From Syncephalis fuscata S228 (lineage: Eukaryota > Fungi > Zoopagomycota): a DNA stretch of 64,000 nt. The DNA lies in NCBI GenBank assembly GCA_025786725.1, contig JAHLTZ010000003.1:682001-746000 (forward strand), written 5' to 3'. Position 1 is the stretch's first letter; each line of letters opens with the position of its first letter. The notes below the pieces were generated by a model. The model was not told the DNA's origin, ran no database searches, and saw only the letters and a program-made list of their open reading frames with translations. Shown piece after piece: positions 1 through 13,600 of the stretch. Position numbers and translations under genes: made by a program.

Positions 1-356
1 CCATAGTCGGCCATCGGTCCACCGACGTACACCGCTTGTCTCTTCGTCGAAAGTATAAACGCTACCGGGCCGAATAGTGCTTTTCTCACACTCGAGAAGA
101 CGTCTTGCGGCAAACGATAGGATTCCTTGATGGCAAGCCTCTTTTAAAGTAACATAGGTAAGCAACCGTTTAAAAATAGTACAGAGTCTGTACTGCTTAC
201 CAAATATCAGCAATGCATCCTCGGTCGTTGTGACCAAGGCTAGGCAAAATAGCAACTATGTTAGTTGGATATTGAAGCTGTTGCTAGCATCGATGACATG
301 CAATTATAGTTACCGAAACAGGTTTCCAAAAAATGGGCGGTTGATGACTTGAACAT
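1..356 (-). CDS. Gti1/Pac2 (WOPR-domain) transcription regulator, 5' part only (runs off window start)
   Basis: Manual splicing of three exons (ATG at 356; GT-AG introns ~313-240 and ~200-141) gives MFKSSTAHFLETCFALVTTTEDALLIFEACHQGILSFAARRLLECEKSTIRPGSVYTFDEETSGVRRWTDGRLW, which matches the WOPRa signature DALLIFEAC...RWTDG. Confidence 0.88.
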
Positions 357-2226
357 CTTTAGCGCGAAAGAATAGTTGAAGAGCAAGAAGGTTAAGCGAA
401 GCAGGTGATAAAACGCCGTTTAGATGTACGGCAATAAGTGGCATAACTAACTAGCCTATATCAATAAAGATAAATGGCTATGATTGCATTTTGTTGGATG
501 AAGAGTGTATTTAACAAGCGAATAGGCTAATAAAATGTTAAAGTATTCGACAAAGTAATTTATATGAAACCATATGGAACAATGACGCTATAGCAAGTGA
601 GCCATCTATGTATCACTAAAAGTAATGCTATTAGCATAGCTAAAAACTGCTTTTATTTTACTAATCATACGGTTATTAGCAATTTATGTGTGCAATAAGT
701 AATTATACCAAGCAATTATATTTACAATACGTATTACTATTAGCATTAATGTCAACAATACTAATACTGGTGCAATTAATGTATCAATCTAGTTAGTAAG
801 TTTATCAATTTTTTAGTATTACACAAAAATAAATAGTAATAAATCATTTAACTATAAATGTTGATATGTACACTATAACAGTGTTAAATGGCACATGCTA
901 GCACAACAGTAATAAATGGCATGTTTAGTAAAACTAGTTATAGTTGCAATAAAAATAGACTCAGCCGTGGGCCGATAACAAGTTGTGTAAAAAAAGGGCT
1001 GGAGTCGGCTGGGTCCGTATCAATATCGGCCATCACCGGAAAATAATTATAGCCAAAGAATGTTTTATTTTCCAAGTCCTATGTGGTCAAATGCAGCTGT
1101 TGCAACTGCAGGTCAGCTGAGTTATTGGGCATATCAAGCTGATCTATTGACGGAGCAAAATTTTACGTTTAGTGTTACAAAATAAGCCGGCCAAGAAAAG
1201 TATCCCCCACGCTACTAATGCCGAAATGTATACACTTGTGGGTACACCATCAGTTCAAGTGAATTATTTCATGGTCTCTGTTGACCGCATGAAAAACATA
1301 TCAACAGGCTTTATCGATATTGCATCAGCATTGCATTTCAATAGACTCGCGGCATTGCTTATCGATCTAGACGTACAGACGTACAGACGCGCATACCGAC
1401 ATACCCACATACATAAGTGCAGACAAGCATAGGTACGCAGGACAACGCGTGTACAAATCAGTCAAAGGACAAGCAAGGATGGCATGGTGCACATAGTTAT
1501 TACTGGATGGGTCGGGGAGGGATTAATGGTTGGATAGACGACTGGATAATGGCCTCAAAATGACGATTAATTATTTTCTCCTTTTGCATCCACATGGCAG
1601 CCTGAACAGAATTAGATAACAGAATTCTGTGACACAACCTCATCGGTGTATGTGTGTGTGTGTAGGCTTGTTGGTCTGCTGAGCTCTTGACTGACCTACT
1701 TGTTTACCGACCTATCCTCCCTCCACCCTGTATATCTGTGTTTTCCATCTGTGCCTGTGTTTGTACCAGTGCGAGCGAGTGAGTGGATGGGATACATTTG
1801 CATGCCCCATTTTAACGTTATCATTTGCCCATCCACGCCTGTCTGTCTTAGCATTGAGGACCGTTGATTGCTTTGGCATCATTGCCAATGTATTTGCTGT
1901 TGTACATTTCTAGCAATTATCTCCGCGCTACCAAAATTGTTCCTGCACGATATAAAGCCACCCTTTGTGCAGCCACTTACTTTTTTTGTAGCCATTCTTT
2001 CTCTTTTTTCTTTCCATTTATTGTTATTATCGTTGAGTCGGTCGTTTATCTGGTCGTTCGTTCGCTTACTTTATTACGTACTTCTGTAGCCAGTAGCGTG
2101 TTCTTGATTGTTGCACTAAGTGATAGCAAGACACATACACCTGCCACCCACCTTTGCGTACGCGTGTGCCTGGTAAAACAGCTATTCGCGTGCGTTTACA
2201 CATCAGTGCTGTTTTGTTGGGTTTCG

Positions 2227-2847
2227 GTAAGTATTGTTATAGATACGTAAAACATTTTGCATCATCAACTAATGGATATATCTGCATAATTTTGGTTTTA
2301 TTTGGTTTCATTTTGTTATGTCTCGGGGATTTATTTGATTAATTTTACATTGCCGCATCTTTCTCTAAATGGATTGAATCCAATTGCAACTATCCATATG
2401 GCCTTCTCATGGTATTGCATCGATGCGAACAACTACGTGGCTGTCTGCATATCGGTATGCATTTGTTGCACTGTCATTCCGTGTGTATGGATGCACGCAC
2501 TACACATCCGCTTGCTCACTGATTATCGTCCATTTGATTTGTCGGTGTGTACTAATTATACACCATTGACATGCACGCACTATTTTTACTTTTCCTCTTC
2601 TGTGTGGCTAAACGTATACACTGTCTCAATTGCCACTACTTAAAACCACCTCACTATCTATTCCCATTCCTGCCGGTCTCCTTCTAACTTGCTGCCTCCT
2701 TAATATTGTCTACTATTATATCACTCTCCTTTGTCCATCTTTGAACATTACTGTTTTCAATTGTCATCTATTTTATTGCGCAGTGCGTAGCCAATTTGCC
2801 GTTTGGCTTCGTCAGCGGCCTTTCTCTATTCCCCCTTGATTAAATAG
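2227..2847 (+). other. Possible 5'-UTR intron of the P-type ATPase gene
   Basis: GTAAGT donor at 2227 and pyrimidine tract plus TAAATAG acceptor at 2847, ~155 nt upstream of ATG 3004. Branch point is weak and there is no transcript support. Confidence 0.3.
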
Positions 2848-3003
2848 TGGTGCCAAGATTTGCTTTTATAGCTTTTGCACGTTTACTGTCACCATTCTAA
2901 AGGTTTATACCTTCCCTGCTTTTCTTTCCCCACTGTTTTATAAACGAGAAGGGGTCTAGCAACAGTTTGCTCTATTATACCGTTCAACTATTAAACCACA
3001 ACT

Positions 3004-6000
3004 ATGGACACGTCCAATACACCCGCTGGAGCTGTTGGCGAACCTACCATCATCACTACGACGCGTACCGATGCCAGTGGTAATCCCATAACTGTTACTA
3101 CTACACGTACCATGATGCCGAGGGCCGTGTAATTGCTGAAGAAGTGGCCGAAGAGATAATGGAAGAAGTTATTGAAGAAGTGCCTATTGATGCAGCCGAA
3201 GCAGCCGCCACTACAACGGCTGAGAACCCCAATGCATCAGCAGGAAGGTCAACAATCATGTTTGAACAACAAAAGAAGCCAGAACGCGCACCACAGTCTC
3301 AATTTTCATCAGTGCCTGAAGGAAAGCCAGCACCGCCTCCTACACCCAAGCCGGCAACGTCAGAGGGTGAAAAAGGCAAAAAGTCTGAAAAGCAGCTTGA
3401 TATTGATGAACATTTAATGACCATCGAAGAAGTGTGTGATCGTTATGGTGTCACTATTGATCAGATTCGACCAGCCGACAGTCATGGTTTAAACAATGAT
3501 CGTGCTGCTGCTTTGTTGGAACAATATGGTCCAAATGTTCTTACACCACCCAAACGCAAACATCCAGTACTTGTTTATCTACAATTTCTAATGTCGCTTT
3601 TCAACGTACTGTTGATGATTGCCGGTGTTTTAGTCTACATTCTTTACGGCATCAATCCAGCAGACAACCAAGCCAATCTCTACTTGGGTGCTATTTTGTT
3701 TGTTGTGGCATTTGCCAATGCGTTTATTGAATTTTTCCAACATCAAAAGAGTGCAGCTATTCTGCAATCTTTTCTTAATATGATCCACAAAAGTGCTATG
3801 CTATTCGTGAAAACAAGCTTATCAACAAGAGGCGGGTGAACTTGTTCCTGGTGATGTTGTATTCGTTCGTATGGGCGATAAGGTGCCAGCTGATCTACGT
3901 ATTTTTGCTGCATCCGATCTTAAAGTCGATAACTCGTCGTTGACCGGTGAATCTGAGCCACAGCCTCGTGTTAAGACCAACGATAGCAAGAACCCGCTTG
4001 AAGCAACGAATATCGCTTTTAACGGTACATTGGCCGTTGCCGGTGAAGGTTACGGTATTGTTGTACGTACTGGTGATCACACTGTACTTGGTCAAATTGC
4101 CGGCATGACAGCAGGTGAAAAGTCCAACCGTAGTCCACTGTCCGTTGAAATCGATCATTTCGTCAAAATCATTGCAACTATCGCCGCCTTGTCTGCCGTT
4201 ATCTTCTTTATTGTTGGTATGCTTCTACACGATGCCAATGTCAGCTTCTGTTTGAACTTTGCCATCGGTGTATGTGTGTCTTGGGTACCTGAAGGTCTGC
4301 CAGCTACCATGACCATGTTGTTGACCATTGCTGCTAAGCGAATGGCCGGGCGTAATGTATTGGTCAAAGATCTACAAGGTGTTGAAACACTTGGTGCTAT
4401 CACACTATTGGCTACCGATAAAACCGGTACTTTGACACGTAATCAAATGACTGTTACGTACATTTGGAGCTCGCAAAACTTCTACTCCGCACTACGTGGC
4501 CTTCAGGATGACTCAAGTCCATTAACACCAGATGCACCTGGCATTCCAGAAATACTACACATTTCTACGCTCTGTTCTCGTGCCAAGTTCGATCGTACCG
4601 ATGTACCAGTCGAAGAACGTCAAGTGCTAGCTGATGCTACCGAAGCTGGTTTAATTCGTTTTGCTGGTCGTCATTTGGAACATTTTGATGATATGCAAAA
4701 CATTTATCCCAAAGTATTTGAAATCCCATTTAATTCCGATAACAAATGGGCTCTATCGATTCACAAAAAGAAGCATGCCAATGGTGATCTAACACTCTAC
4801 ATTAAAGGTGCGCCAGAACGTGTTCTGCGTCTTTGCTCAACTATTTTGTCAAATGACGGACCAGAGCCATTGACACCAACTCATCAGGAGAAATACGATG
4901 AAATCTACGAGTACATGGCCAGCAAAGGACATCGTGTATTGGCATTTGCTCAGCTTCTATTGCCAGGCGGTGAATATCCAGCTGATTACGAGTTTACCAA
5001 GGACCCAACCAACTATCCAACTGGCGACTACTGCTTTGTTGGTCTTGCCTCTCTTGAAGATCCACCTAAGCATGGTGTACGTGAAGCCATTGGCCGCTGC
5101 CGTGCTGCTGGTATTCAAGTCATGATGGTTACTGGTGACCATCCATTGACTGCCGAAGCTATTGGTCGAAAGATCAATTTGATGTTGTCTGAAACGAAGG
5201 TGCAAGTCGCCAAACGTCTTGGTCGACCCATTGAAAGCATTGAAGAGCACGAGTATCAAGCAATTGTTATTCACGGTGAGCAAATCGACTCATTTACTGA
5301 TGCCGATTGGGACCAAGTATTTTCAAAGAATGAAATTATCTTTGCACGTACATCGCCACGTCACAAGCTGGAAATTGTTCGACATGCTCAATCGATCGGT
5401 CATATTGTCGGTGTGACTGGTGACGGCGTTAACGATTCACCAGCGTTGAAGAAGGCCGATTTGGGTATTGCCATGAATATTTCCGGCTCTGATGTATCAA
5501 AGGAAGCCGCTTCTATGATTCTACTTGACGATAACTTTGCGTCAACAGTTAACGGCGTTGAAGAAGGTCGACTTATTTTCACCAATTTGAAAAAGTCCAT
5601 TCAGTACACGATTACGCACAGTATGCCAGAAGTATATGCCAGTTTGCTCTACATTATCGTTCCACTGCCACTGCCACTATCAGCCATTCTTATCCTTGTA
5701 GTCGATCTTGGTTTTGAAATGTTTATGGCGCTTAGCTTTGCTTGGGAGAAGCCAGAGACGAAGCAAGGCCTCATGAAGATGCCACCACGTAAGCCAGTTA
5801 CTCCTTCCAGCATTGACCGCCTTCGTCGTCGTCAAGCACGTCAATTGCAGGACCGTGTTGATGAAGAGTCTGGCGAAGTCATTAAACCAACTCGTGGTGC
5901 TCGGTTCAGCCATTCAATTAAACAATTCTTTTCGGGTGTATGGTGGCAAGAACTACGCGAACCAAGTGAAGAAGAAGTGCTTGTTGATTTTGGTGTTCTT

Positions 6001-6585
6001 TCATGGGCCTACCTTGAAATAGGTACCATTGAGACTATCGGCTCGCTCACAGCCTACTTTGTTGGACTTTACCATTTCGGTATTACACCAGCTATTGCTA
6101 AGACTGCTGCCAACGACGATAAAATTACCTACTTTACTAAAAATTCACCAGCACTTGATCTTGGCAATGGTAAGAGCCTTAGCGGCGAAGAACAATATGA
6201 AGCATTGGCTCAAGCGCAGACTTGCTACTACATGGCGTTGATGATTCAACAAATGTTTAACATGTTTGCCTGCAAATGCCGTATTCGTTTGCCATTCGGC
6301 CGTTACATGTTTGCCAACCATGCGTCGTTCTACGGTATGCTTGGCGGTTTCTTCATTGGTGCCTTTGTCAGTTATGTACCATTTATGAATATTGCTTTCG
6401 GTACCTCCTACAAGACACCAGTCTATTTCCACTTGATTGGTGTGGCGTTTGGCGTGTTTATCATCTTCTACTCGACCATGCGTACGATAATTCGCCGCAA
6501 GAGCCGTCCAATTCGCTGGAATCCAGAGATTTCTGGACTGCAAATGCATCCAACAGCCTATTCCGTGGGCAGTACCAAGAACTAA
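3004..6585 (+). CDS. P2C-type (Na+/K+- or H+/K+-ATPase alpha-like) cation pump; intronless CDS with three apparent -1 frameshifts near the 5' end
   Basis: Motifs IDEH..YGPNVLTPPK, LKVDNSSLTGESEP, VPEGL, DKTGTLT, FEIPFNSDNK, KGAPERVL, MVTGDHP, FARTSP, TGDGVNDSPALKKADLGIAM. Adding one base at each of ~3110, ~3785 and ~3823 joins ATG 3004 to ORFs 3144-3839 and 3871-6585 (MIPQKCYAIRENKLIQQEAGELVPGDVV). Confidence 0.92.
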
Positions 6586-6745
6586 GCTGACGACGACGAT
6601 GATGATAACAACGATCATGACAACGACGACCACCCCACTGTGCCATCGTTTAGTATGCTTGCGTGTGTTTTTCCTATTTCTTTGCAGCACTACTTAATTC
6701 TCAAATAGTTAATAAAATAATTAATTAATATACATTTATTATCTT

Positions 6746-7690
6746 TTTATTAATAATCTATTATTGTTTGGTGGTCAAATGACTATTTTTAATAACATTC
6801 GCGCAATTGAACTGCACATTCAATCTATTGAACATGGGACAAGTGGTGAGTTTTATTTAATCATTACATCATCACATTTATTGTTTGCTTGGTGGTCAAA
6901 TGACTAACATTTAATAACACCCAATCTATTGAACATGATGATGGGCGGCGAGTGACGTCAATCTTCAAATACTCATCAATGTAGATTTATTATCCAGTAT
7001 GCATATATATATCCAATATTCACCTATATCATTCCCATTTTATTCCACATTACTATATGCCATTCTATAATATATTAGATACATTCTATTGTTTATATGT
7101 TTTAATATACTTTACTCATTCCCCTCATTGCACTATATGCACTGTAACTTCAACAGCGTTTTATATGCTTTCTCATTGTATATTCATCATTTTATATATC
7201 ATTCTATACTTGTATAGTCTTTCTCTATCCAAAACTACTTTTATTTTTGTCCTAGCACTATTATTAATAAATGCCGGCTAATTCCGCTCATTGATCATGC
7301 ATATATACTCATTAACTTCAACATAGCTGATTGTTTTTCTATGCCGTATATTAATACTATTGTATATCATTTTATTGTCTAGTAAATACGCGCTGGCTAT
7401 TGTAGTCGTCTGTTTAGTTCTAGCTTTATTATTAATAGATCTCAACTCATTCACTCATTCATATAGCAAGCTATATTTAATTGAAACCTATAACAATGGA
7501 ATAAATCTAATATATCATATAATGATATATAATAGTATAGAATAGAATGAGAATAATGTAAGTAAATGGTGGATATATGCATACTGGATAATAAATCTAC
7601 AATAATGAGTATTGATGATTGATGCCACTCACCACCCGCCATCATGTTTAATAGATTTAATATTATTAAAAATAGTCATTTAACATCAAA
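6746..7690. mobile_element. AT-rich non-autonomous foldback/MITE-like repeat, copy 1
   Basis: Imperfect inverted arms ~6890-7110 and ~7475-7690. A ~120-bp unit (GGTGGTCAAATGACTA...CAATCTATTGAACATG) is tandemly duplicated in the left end. Homologous to 37970-38447 and 47785-48020. No TSD identified. Confidence 0.6.
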
Positions 7691-7887
7691 TTATAACTAC
7701 ATTGATAATAAACTGATTAATGGTGTACACGTCACTTGTTAACCTTTTCTACCTTTCTATTTAGTCACAATCCATTTGTTTAAAGAATAGGTTGTCAAAT
7801 TCACCGGCATTTGTTCTCTTTGTTTATTTCTTTACTAGCTATTTGTATTACTATTGCTACTATTGATTACAGTCTTCTACTACACTT

Positions 7888-9630
7888 ATGGCCAACGATA
7901 GTCATCCCGTCGATATCACTATGACAGAAGGAGATTGGCGTGGCCGGTGGGATCATCTTTGGCCAATTCTTTATCGACCTGGTCCTATGGCCCATGAAGG
8001 ATTTACACCTGGCAATGATGTAATAAAGACATACCTTCAGTAGTATAGTCTAAATCGCTAACACACTTTGTATAGACAAGGCAATTCTTAATGGAACAGT
8101 GCAAAGTACTGGTCGTTGGTGCTGGTGGCTTAGGCTGTGAAATCCTTAAAAATCTAGCTTTATCAGGATTCAGAGATATTCACGTCATTGACATGGACAC
8201 GATCGATGTTAGCAATCTTAATCGACAATTTCTATTCCGGTAAAGCACTAAACATCATTCCAGTTGAAATCTAATGTTATTGACTGCTAGATCAACTGAT
8301 GTTGGTCAATCAAAGGCGGAGACAGCGGCTGCATTTATTATGCGCCGTATTCCCCATTGCAAAGTAACACCGTAAGTAAATATAAATATAAATGAATATA
8401 TCTATTGACGTATTTATTAGATATTGTGGCAAGATTCAAGATAAAGACCAAGAATACTATGCACAATTTAATGTTGTTATTTGTGGTTTGGACTCGGTCG
8501 AGGCACGTCGATGGATGAATGCTACATTGGTGCAGATGTTTGATAGTGACGAGCCTGAATCGTTAAAGCCACTCGTTGACGGCGGTACAGAAGGTAAATA
8601 TAGAATTTATAGAATATAATTAATAAATAAATTAACGCTTGTTATCAAATATAGGATTTAGAGGACAGGCTCGTGTCATTCTACCAACCATTTCATCTTG
8701 CTATGAATGTTCACTTGATATGCTTACACCTCAGACAGTCTATCCAGTATGCACAATTGCCAATACACCACGACTACCAGAACATTGTATTGAATGGGCT
8801 TCAGCACTTGAATGGCCTCGTCTATTTCCTGGTAATTAGCTACTTTTATTCATGTACCAATAACAAATATTAATGCTACTATTACTATACAAATAGATGA
8901 GACACTTGATATGGATAATCCAGAACATGTAAAATGGGTGTTTAATACAGCATCTGATCGAGCTCGACAATTCAATATTACCGGTGTTACAATTCCATTA
9001 ACACAAGGCGTTGTAAAGAATATTATACCAGCAATTGCCTCGACCAATGCCATCATTGCCGGTAGGTTACACTGCTCCAACTATCTTATAAGCAAATAAT
9101 ATTTACAAATCTCTTTTATTACGTAATTAATAATAGCTGCGTGTTGTAATGAGGTCTTTAAACTGGCCACCTCTAGTGCTTCGCTACTCGATAACTATAT
9201 GATGTATACAGGCACTGATGGTGTCTACACGCATACATTTGAACACGAGAAAAAGTCCACCTGTCTAGTGTGTGGACAGGCTCGAATTAAACTTGATGTG
9301 CATCCATTATGGACACTTGAAGAATGGATCGACCATTTAATTGAAAATCCTAATATGTAAGTTATTTCACAACTGTTAGACTAGTAATTGTATCTCATCA
9401 CTTTACTATACAGTCGAGTTAAAAAGCCAAGTCTACGTACTCCAACCCGTTCACTCTACATGCAAGCACCACGCCCTCTTGAAGAAGCCACTCGTCCCAA
9501 TCTATCGCGTGTTCTAGGTGAACTACTACAAGAAGGTGATGTCATTACCGTAACCGATGTGACCCTTCCCATTAGTATGGAAATCACAATACATTTTCAA
9601 GAGCCTGTAACAGACAGCACAACTGAGTAA
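7888..9630 (+). CDS. UBA3: NEDD8-activating enzyme E1 catalytic subunit, multi-exon
   Basis: [52 protein letters not shown], catalytic [35 protein letters not shown], and a C-terminal E2-binding domain ([17 protein letters not shown]). Confidence 0.96.
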
Positions 9631-9718
9631 TTAATACATTTATTACTCAAAACACGCATACGAACATCTTTATTGATGACCGGCTAATAAAGAAGATAAT
9701 AATAGCACACGAGAATAA

Positions 9719-10589
9719 TTAAGCATCCATACGTGTTTTCCATAATCCATCGCCCAAATAGTGTAGTGTCTCCACGCCAATGCCTTTGTTAATCTTTTTG
9801 CTATTATTATACATGTTAATTAGTTGCTGTTCCTAAATATACATAGTATATATCAATTGCTACTTACATATCGGTAGTGGACATTTTCATTCTTCCAATG
9901 GCCAGTGCATGTTCCTTGCCCTCGGCCATGACAGCCACAATGGCACCTTCTGGCAATTCAACATCCATACGTGCACCGGGCGATGTCAAGCCAGGACACA
10001 TAATATTGGCGCCTGATAACAAAAACTTGATAGCACCACGATCCACTTGGACTACAGGAATAAATCCGGGATCTAGTATAATCATTGATATGAACATTAT
10101 AATAATCGTATTAGATGTAGCGCAACTACTTACATTCATGTACAAGGCGCAGTGTCGGTGCATAGGATCCTTCGCGCTGATTAAAGAATAGAATACGATT
10201 ATTTAACAAGACGAGATTCACATGCTCATGACTAAATAATATCATCAAACCATTGAATATAAATGTTTAAAAAGCGGTTATTATTTATAATAACCACAAT
10301 AGCTATTTCATAATACTTGCCATTTCATCAAGTACATACTCGATTTTTTTGGAAGAATATCGTCGGCGATTGATTGTAAAGGTTCATACTGATCAAGTAC
10401 CTTTTGACGAATTCCTCGTTGTACGGACGATTTAACCAGACTACTGCCCGACACGTCCTCCTTTATGTTAAATCTACCACGTCAATAACATAAAGCAGAT
10501 TAGATCTGCTGTCGTTGTTCAAACCAATTCACTGATCTCTCTCTCTCTCTTTCTCTCTTTCTCTGCTAATCTACGTACTTTTTAAACAT
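9719..10589 (-). CDS. TMA20: Translation machinery-associated protein 20 / MCT-1 (PUA domain), multi-exon
   Basis: [28 protein letters not shown]...CHEHVNL...PTLRLVH...[25 protein letters not shown]...[15 protein letters not shown]. Includes one GC-AG intron (donor GCAAGT at 10320-10315). Confidence 0.95.
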
Positions 10590-10699
10590 GATCACGCAAT
10601 CAATAAAAGGTTGTATAAAGAATCACAACTAAAGTAAAGAATCGTAGCGAAAATAAACAAGCTGTAGTTTATAATCCATTTATTGTTATTATAATGTGA

Positions 10700-13600
10700 T
10701 TAGATAAAATTGCCCAATAATTCAGGTGCTGAACCTTTTCCATTACTAATCTCGTCCATGGCTCGGATTAAATCATAGTTAATTGTTTGACTAACTACAG
10801 AGTCATGTTTATAATCTGGATGGCGTTGAACAAATTGACGCATCCAGGTGGCTGTAGTCATTAATGAACCTATTGATATATACATATAGATATACATATA
10901 GATCTATTATAAACAAATGATCCATTTGATATTAAGTAACTTACCATTAGCACGAGCCCGAATAAGTGCCAAGTAACGGGAAATATGACAACCCGTCTCG
11001 ACATCAATATTAATGGAGTTCAAATAGGAATTGATAATAGGAATAAGACCTGGAAACCCGCCTTCCTTCTAATAACATAATTAACAAGCAAATATTAAAT
11101 GTAATACTGTCATCATACCTGTTGACCATTAATAATCTCATCAATAGACATAAGTTCATATTCATCTTCAACGGGTCCTCGTGGCATATTCCGTGTACCC
11201 ATTACTTGTTTACGGAAATAAAACTTTTCATCAATAACCGCACCTCGATGATGTGCTCGTTTCATATTCTCGTCAACCTAATATAATCAATTATAATCAA
11301 TTATAATATAATATACATATACATTAATACATGTATCCAGTTAAGATAGATAAAAGTATATTTACCTTTGACATGGGTATATAAAAGTTAAGATCAAAAC
11401 TAAGCATGGCCCGTGTAAGTAATACAACAAAGATGGCAAATGCTGCATTTTCAAAATCAGTCATTTGTATTTCCATTGAACGAAACTCTACACGCCATCC
11501 AATATCAGCATTGGGTGGAGGTGGTTTGAATCGCATGGTTTGCCAATTAGTAGATTGAATATTCTATATATAAATATATACACACACATATATATATATA
11601 TATTAATATTATATAATTAATAATTAAATATAAAATACCTCAAAATGATCTGATGACTGTGAGTTATCCTGGTCTACAAGCTCTTTATAAATAACTAATG
11701 GATCTCGTATAAACAAATGAGAAACATGTCGAGCCAAAAGTGAATCCACATCTTTAATATCTATTAGTATCTATTATCCATTAGTATTAATAGTACTACT
11801 TACCATTGTCTAATAGCTTTTGATAAATGTCCTTGTCATAGATTAAATCAATATCATTGTATTCAGGCCGTAATTGATCATCAGTTGAAATGTAACAGTC
11901 GATTGAATCATAGCGTGATTTGTTAATTACAAATCGATCATGTTCTAGTGGCTAATATCATAACCGTAACCATAACAATACATAGTTAATAACAATATTT
12001 GTAATATTATACTACTATCTACCTTAAGACCTCGTTCTTCATCTGTACGGTCATCGACACTTTGAGCAATAACACTCCATCGACAATCAACATCGGCCAA
12101 ATAACCACGGAATATAGGTGCTGCAGCTGTTAATGCCAACTACAAAGTACAAATTATAAGTTAAAATAGCTATTTAGTCTATTACTCATGCTTACTATAG
12201 CTGCTACTTACCATAATGGGTCCGATCGGTGCCAGTTGATCATAGAGACGACGTGCCTCAACAATATTGCAGGCCTGGAAAGTAATTTGTAAACAAGAAC
12301 AGCCCATGCCAAACACCATAGCATCCATATAAATATGATCAGGTAAGGCAGCACCATTGGCAGCCTCTTCATCTTCAGCAAATAGATTACGATGCACAGG
12401 AATGGTTGGATCATGGAATGGTCGTGGTGTATTTGTATCGTGGAAGATAGGCATATTAATGGCCACTTTAGCCCCACGTCGTCGTCGAATATTGGCCGTC
12501 AATGTACTACACAATAGCCATGTCAGTATCGATTGACAAGCTAACTAGTCTATTACTTACGGGAATCGAGCATGTGGATTAATCGCTTCATCAGGTGTAA
12601 ACAAACTATGACTTGCTTCTCCTTTCGGTTCATGATGTGGATCAAGAAATACACCCGGTGCACCCAAACGAGGAAAACTAGTAATTGAAATGATCGTTTC
12701 ATTTGGTTTTAATTGTTGTTGGGCCAATAGCCGTCTAATAAACATTACACGTTGGTTTAACCGTTAATTGCCATTAGTATTCATGTCTATTACTTACCTT
12801 AAATTCATACTGGGTTCTACTTTTAATAGAGACTTTAAATCACCGTCATAAGGTACACCTGGTGTGCCTATTGATATACAGCAATATTACAACTAATTAA
12901 TAGGGATTATTAAACTATTTGTGGCAATTACCTTCCAACATAAATCGACCATATTCAGAATCGGAAGACCAATTTATTGAAGAAAACGATAATACCAAGA
13001 ATAATGGATGATATGAAAAAGCATAAATTCATGCTAAAAGTCTGTGATGTGGTACCCATGTCCAACAGCTCAACAGAAGCAGAAAAGATCGTACAACGGG
13101 TGTACAGATCTGTAGATTGCAACGTACTGATCGCCACGCTGAACGACGTTATCTATCTAACCAGCTGGGACAACAATAAAGCTCAAAGTATTGAATCCAC
13201 ACCTATACCAAACACTGGCGTTAAACCAAGAAGATGCGACACTACCATCAACGCAGCCAGTCCAACGACCGAATACTGCCACGATCGATCAATAATGGTG
13301 CAGAGGATCCCAAAAAATGCAACCAAGCAAGAAGTAGCAAACGCGCTAAAGGTAGGAGATGATATACCGGATGTACGCATTTTTGCCCTATACAACGCAT
13401 CAACAACAACGTACGGTTTCGCTGAATACCACTCAGTAGCTGCAAGAAATCAAGCAATTGAAAGAAAAACTTTTATGATAAACGACATGCAGATCTTTGT
13501 CGATGAATCAACTCCGAACGAAAGAAGAAGAACCGCAGCTGGCTTCCCCGCCGACGCAGCCCCAGAAGAAGTAAACGACTTTCTAAAAAGGCAAGGAGCA

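Noticed and set aside
1172-2839. Short ORFs upstream of the ATPase, plus the many antisense ORFs over the ATPase, LINE, F-box genes and SEN1
   Set aside because: Low-complexity or shadow frames without motifs. They are explained by UTR/intron composition or by real genes on the other strand.
6586-6708. In-frame Asp-rich read-through extension after the ATPase stop
   Set aside because: TAA-G is not a leaky context, and a GAC/GAT microsatellite explains the pattern.
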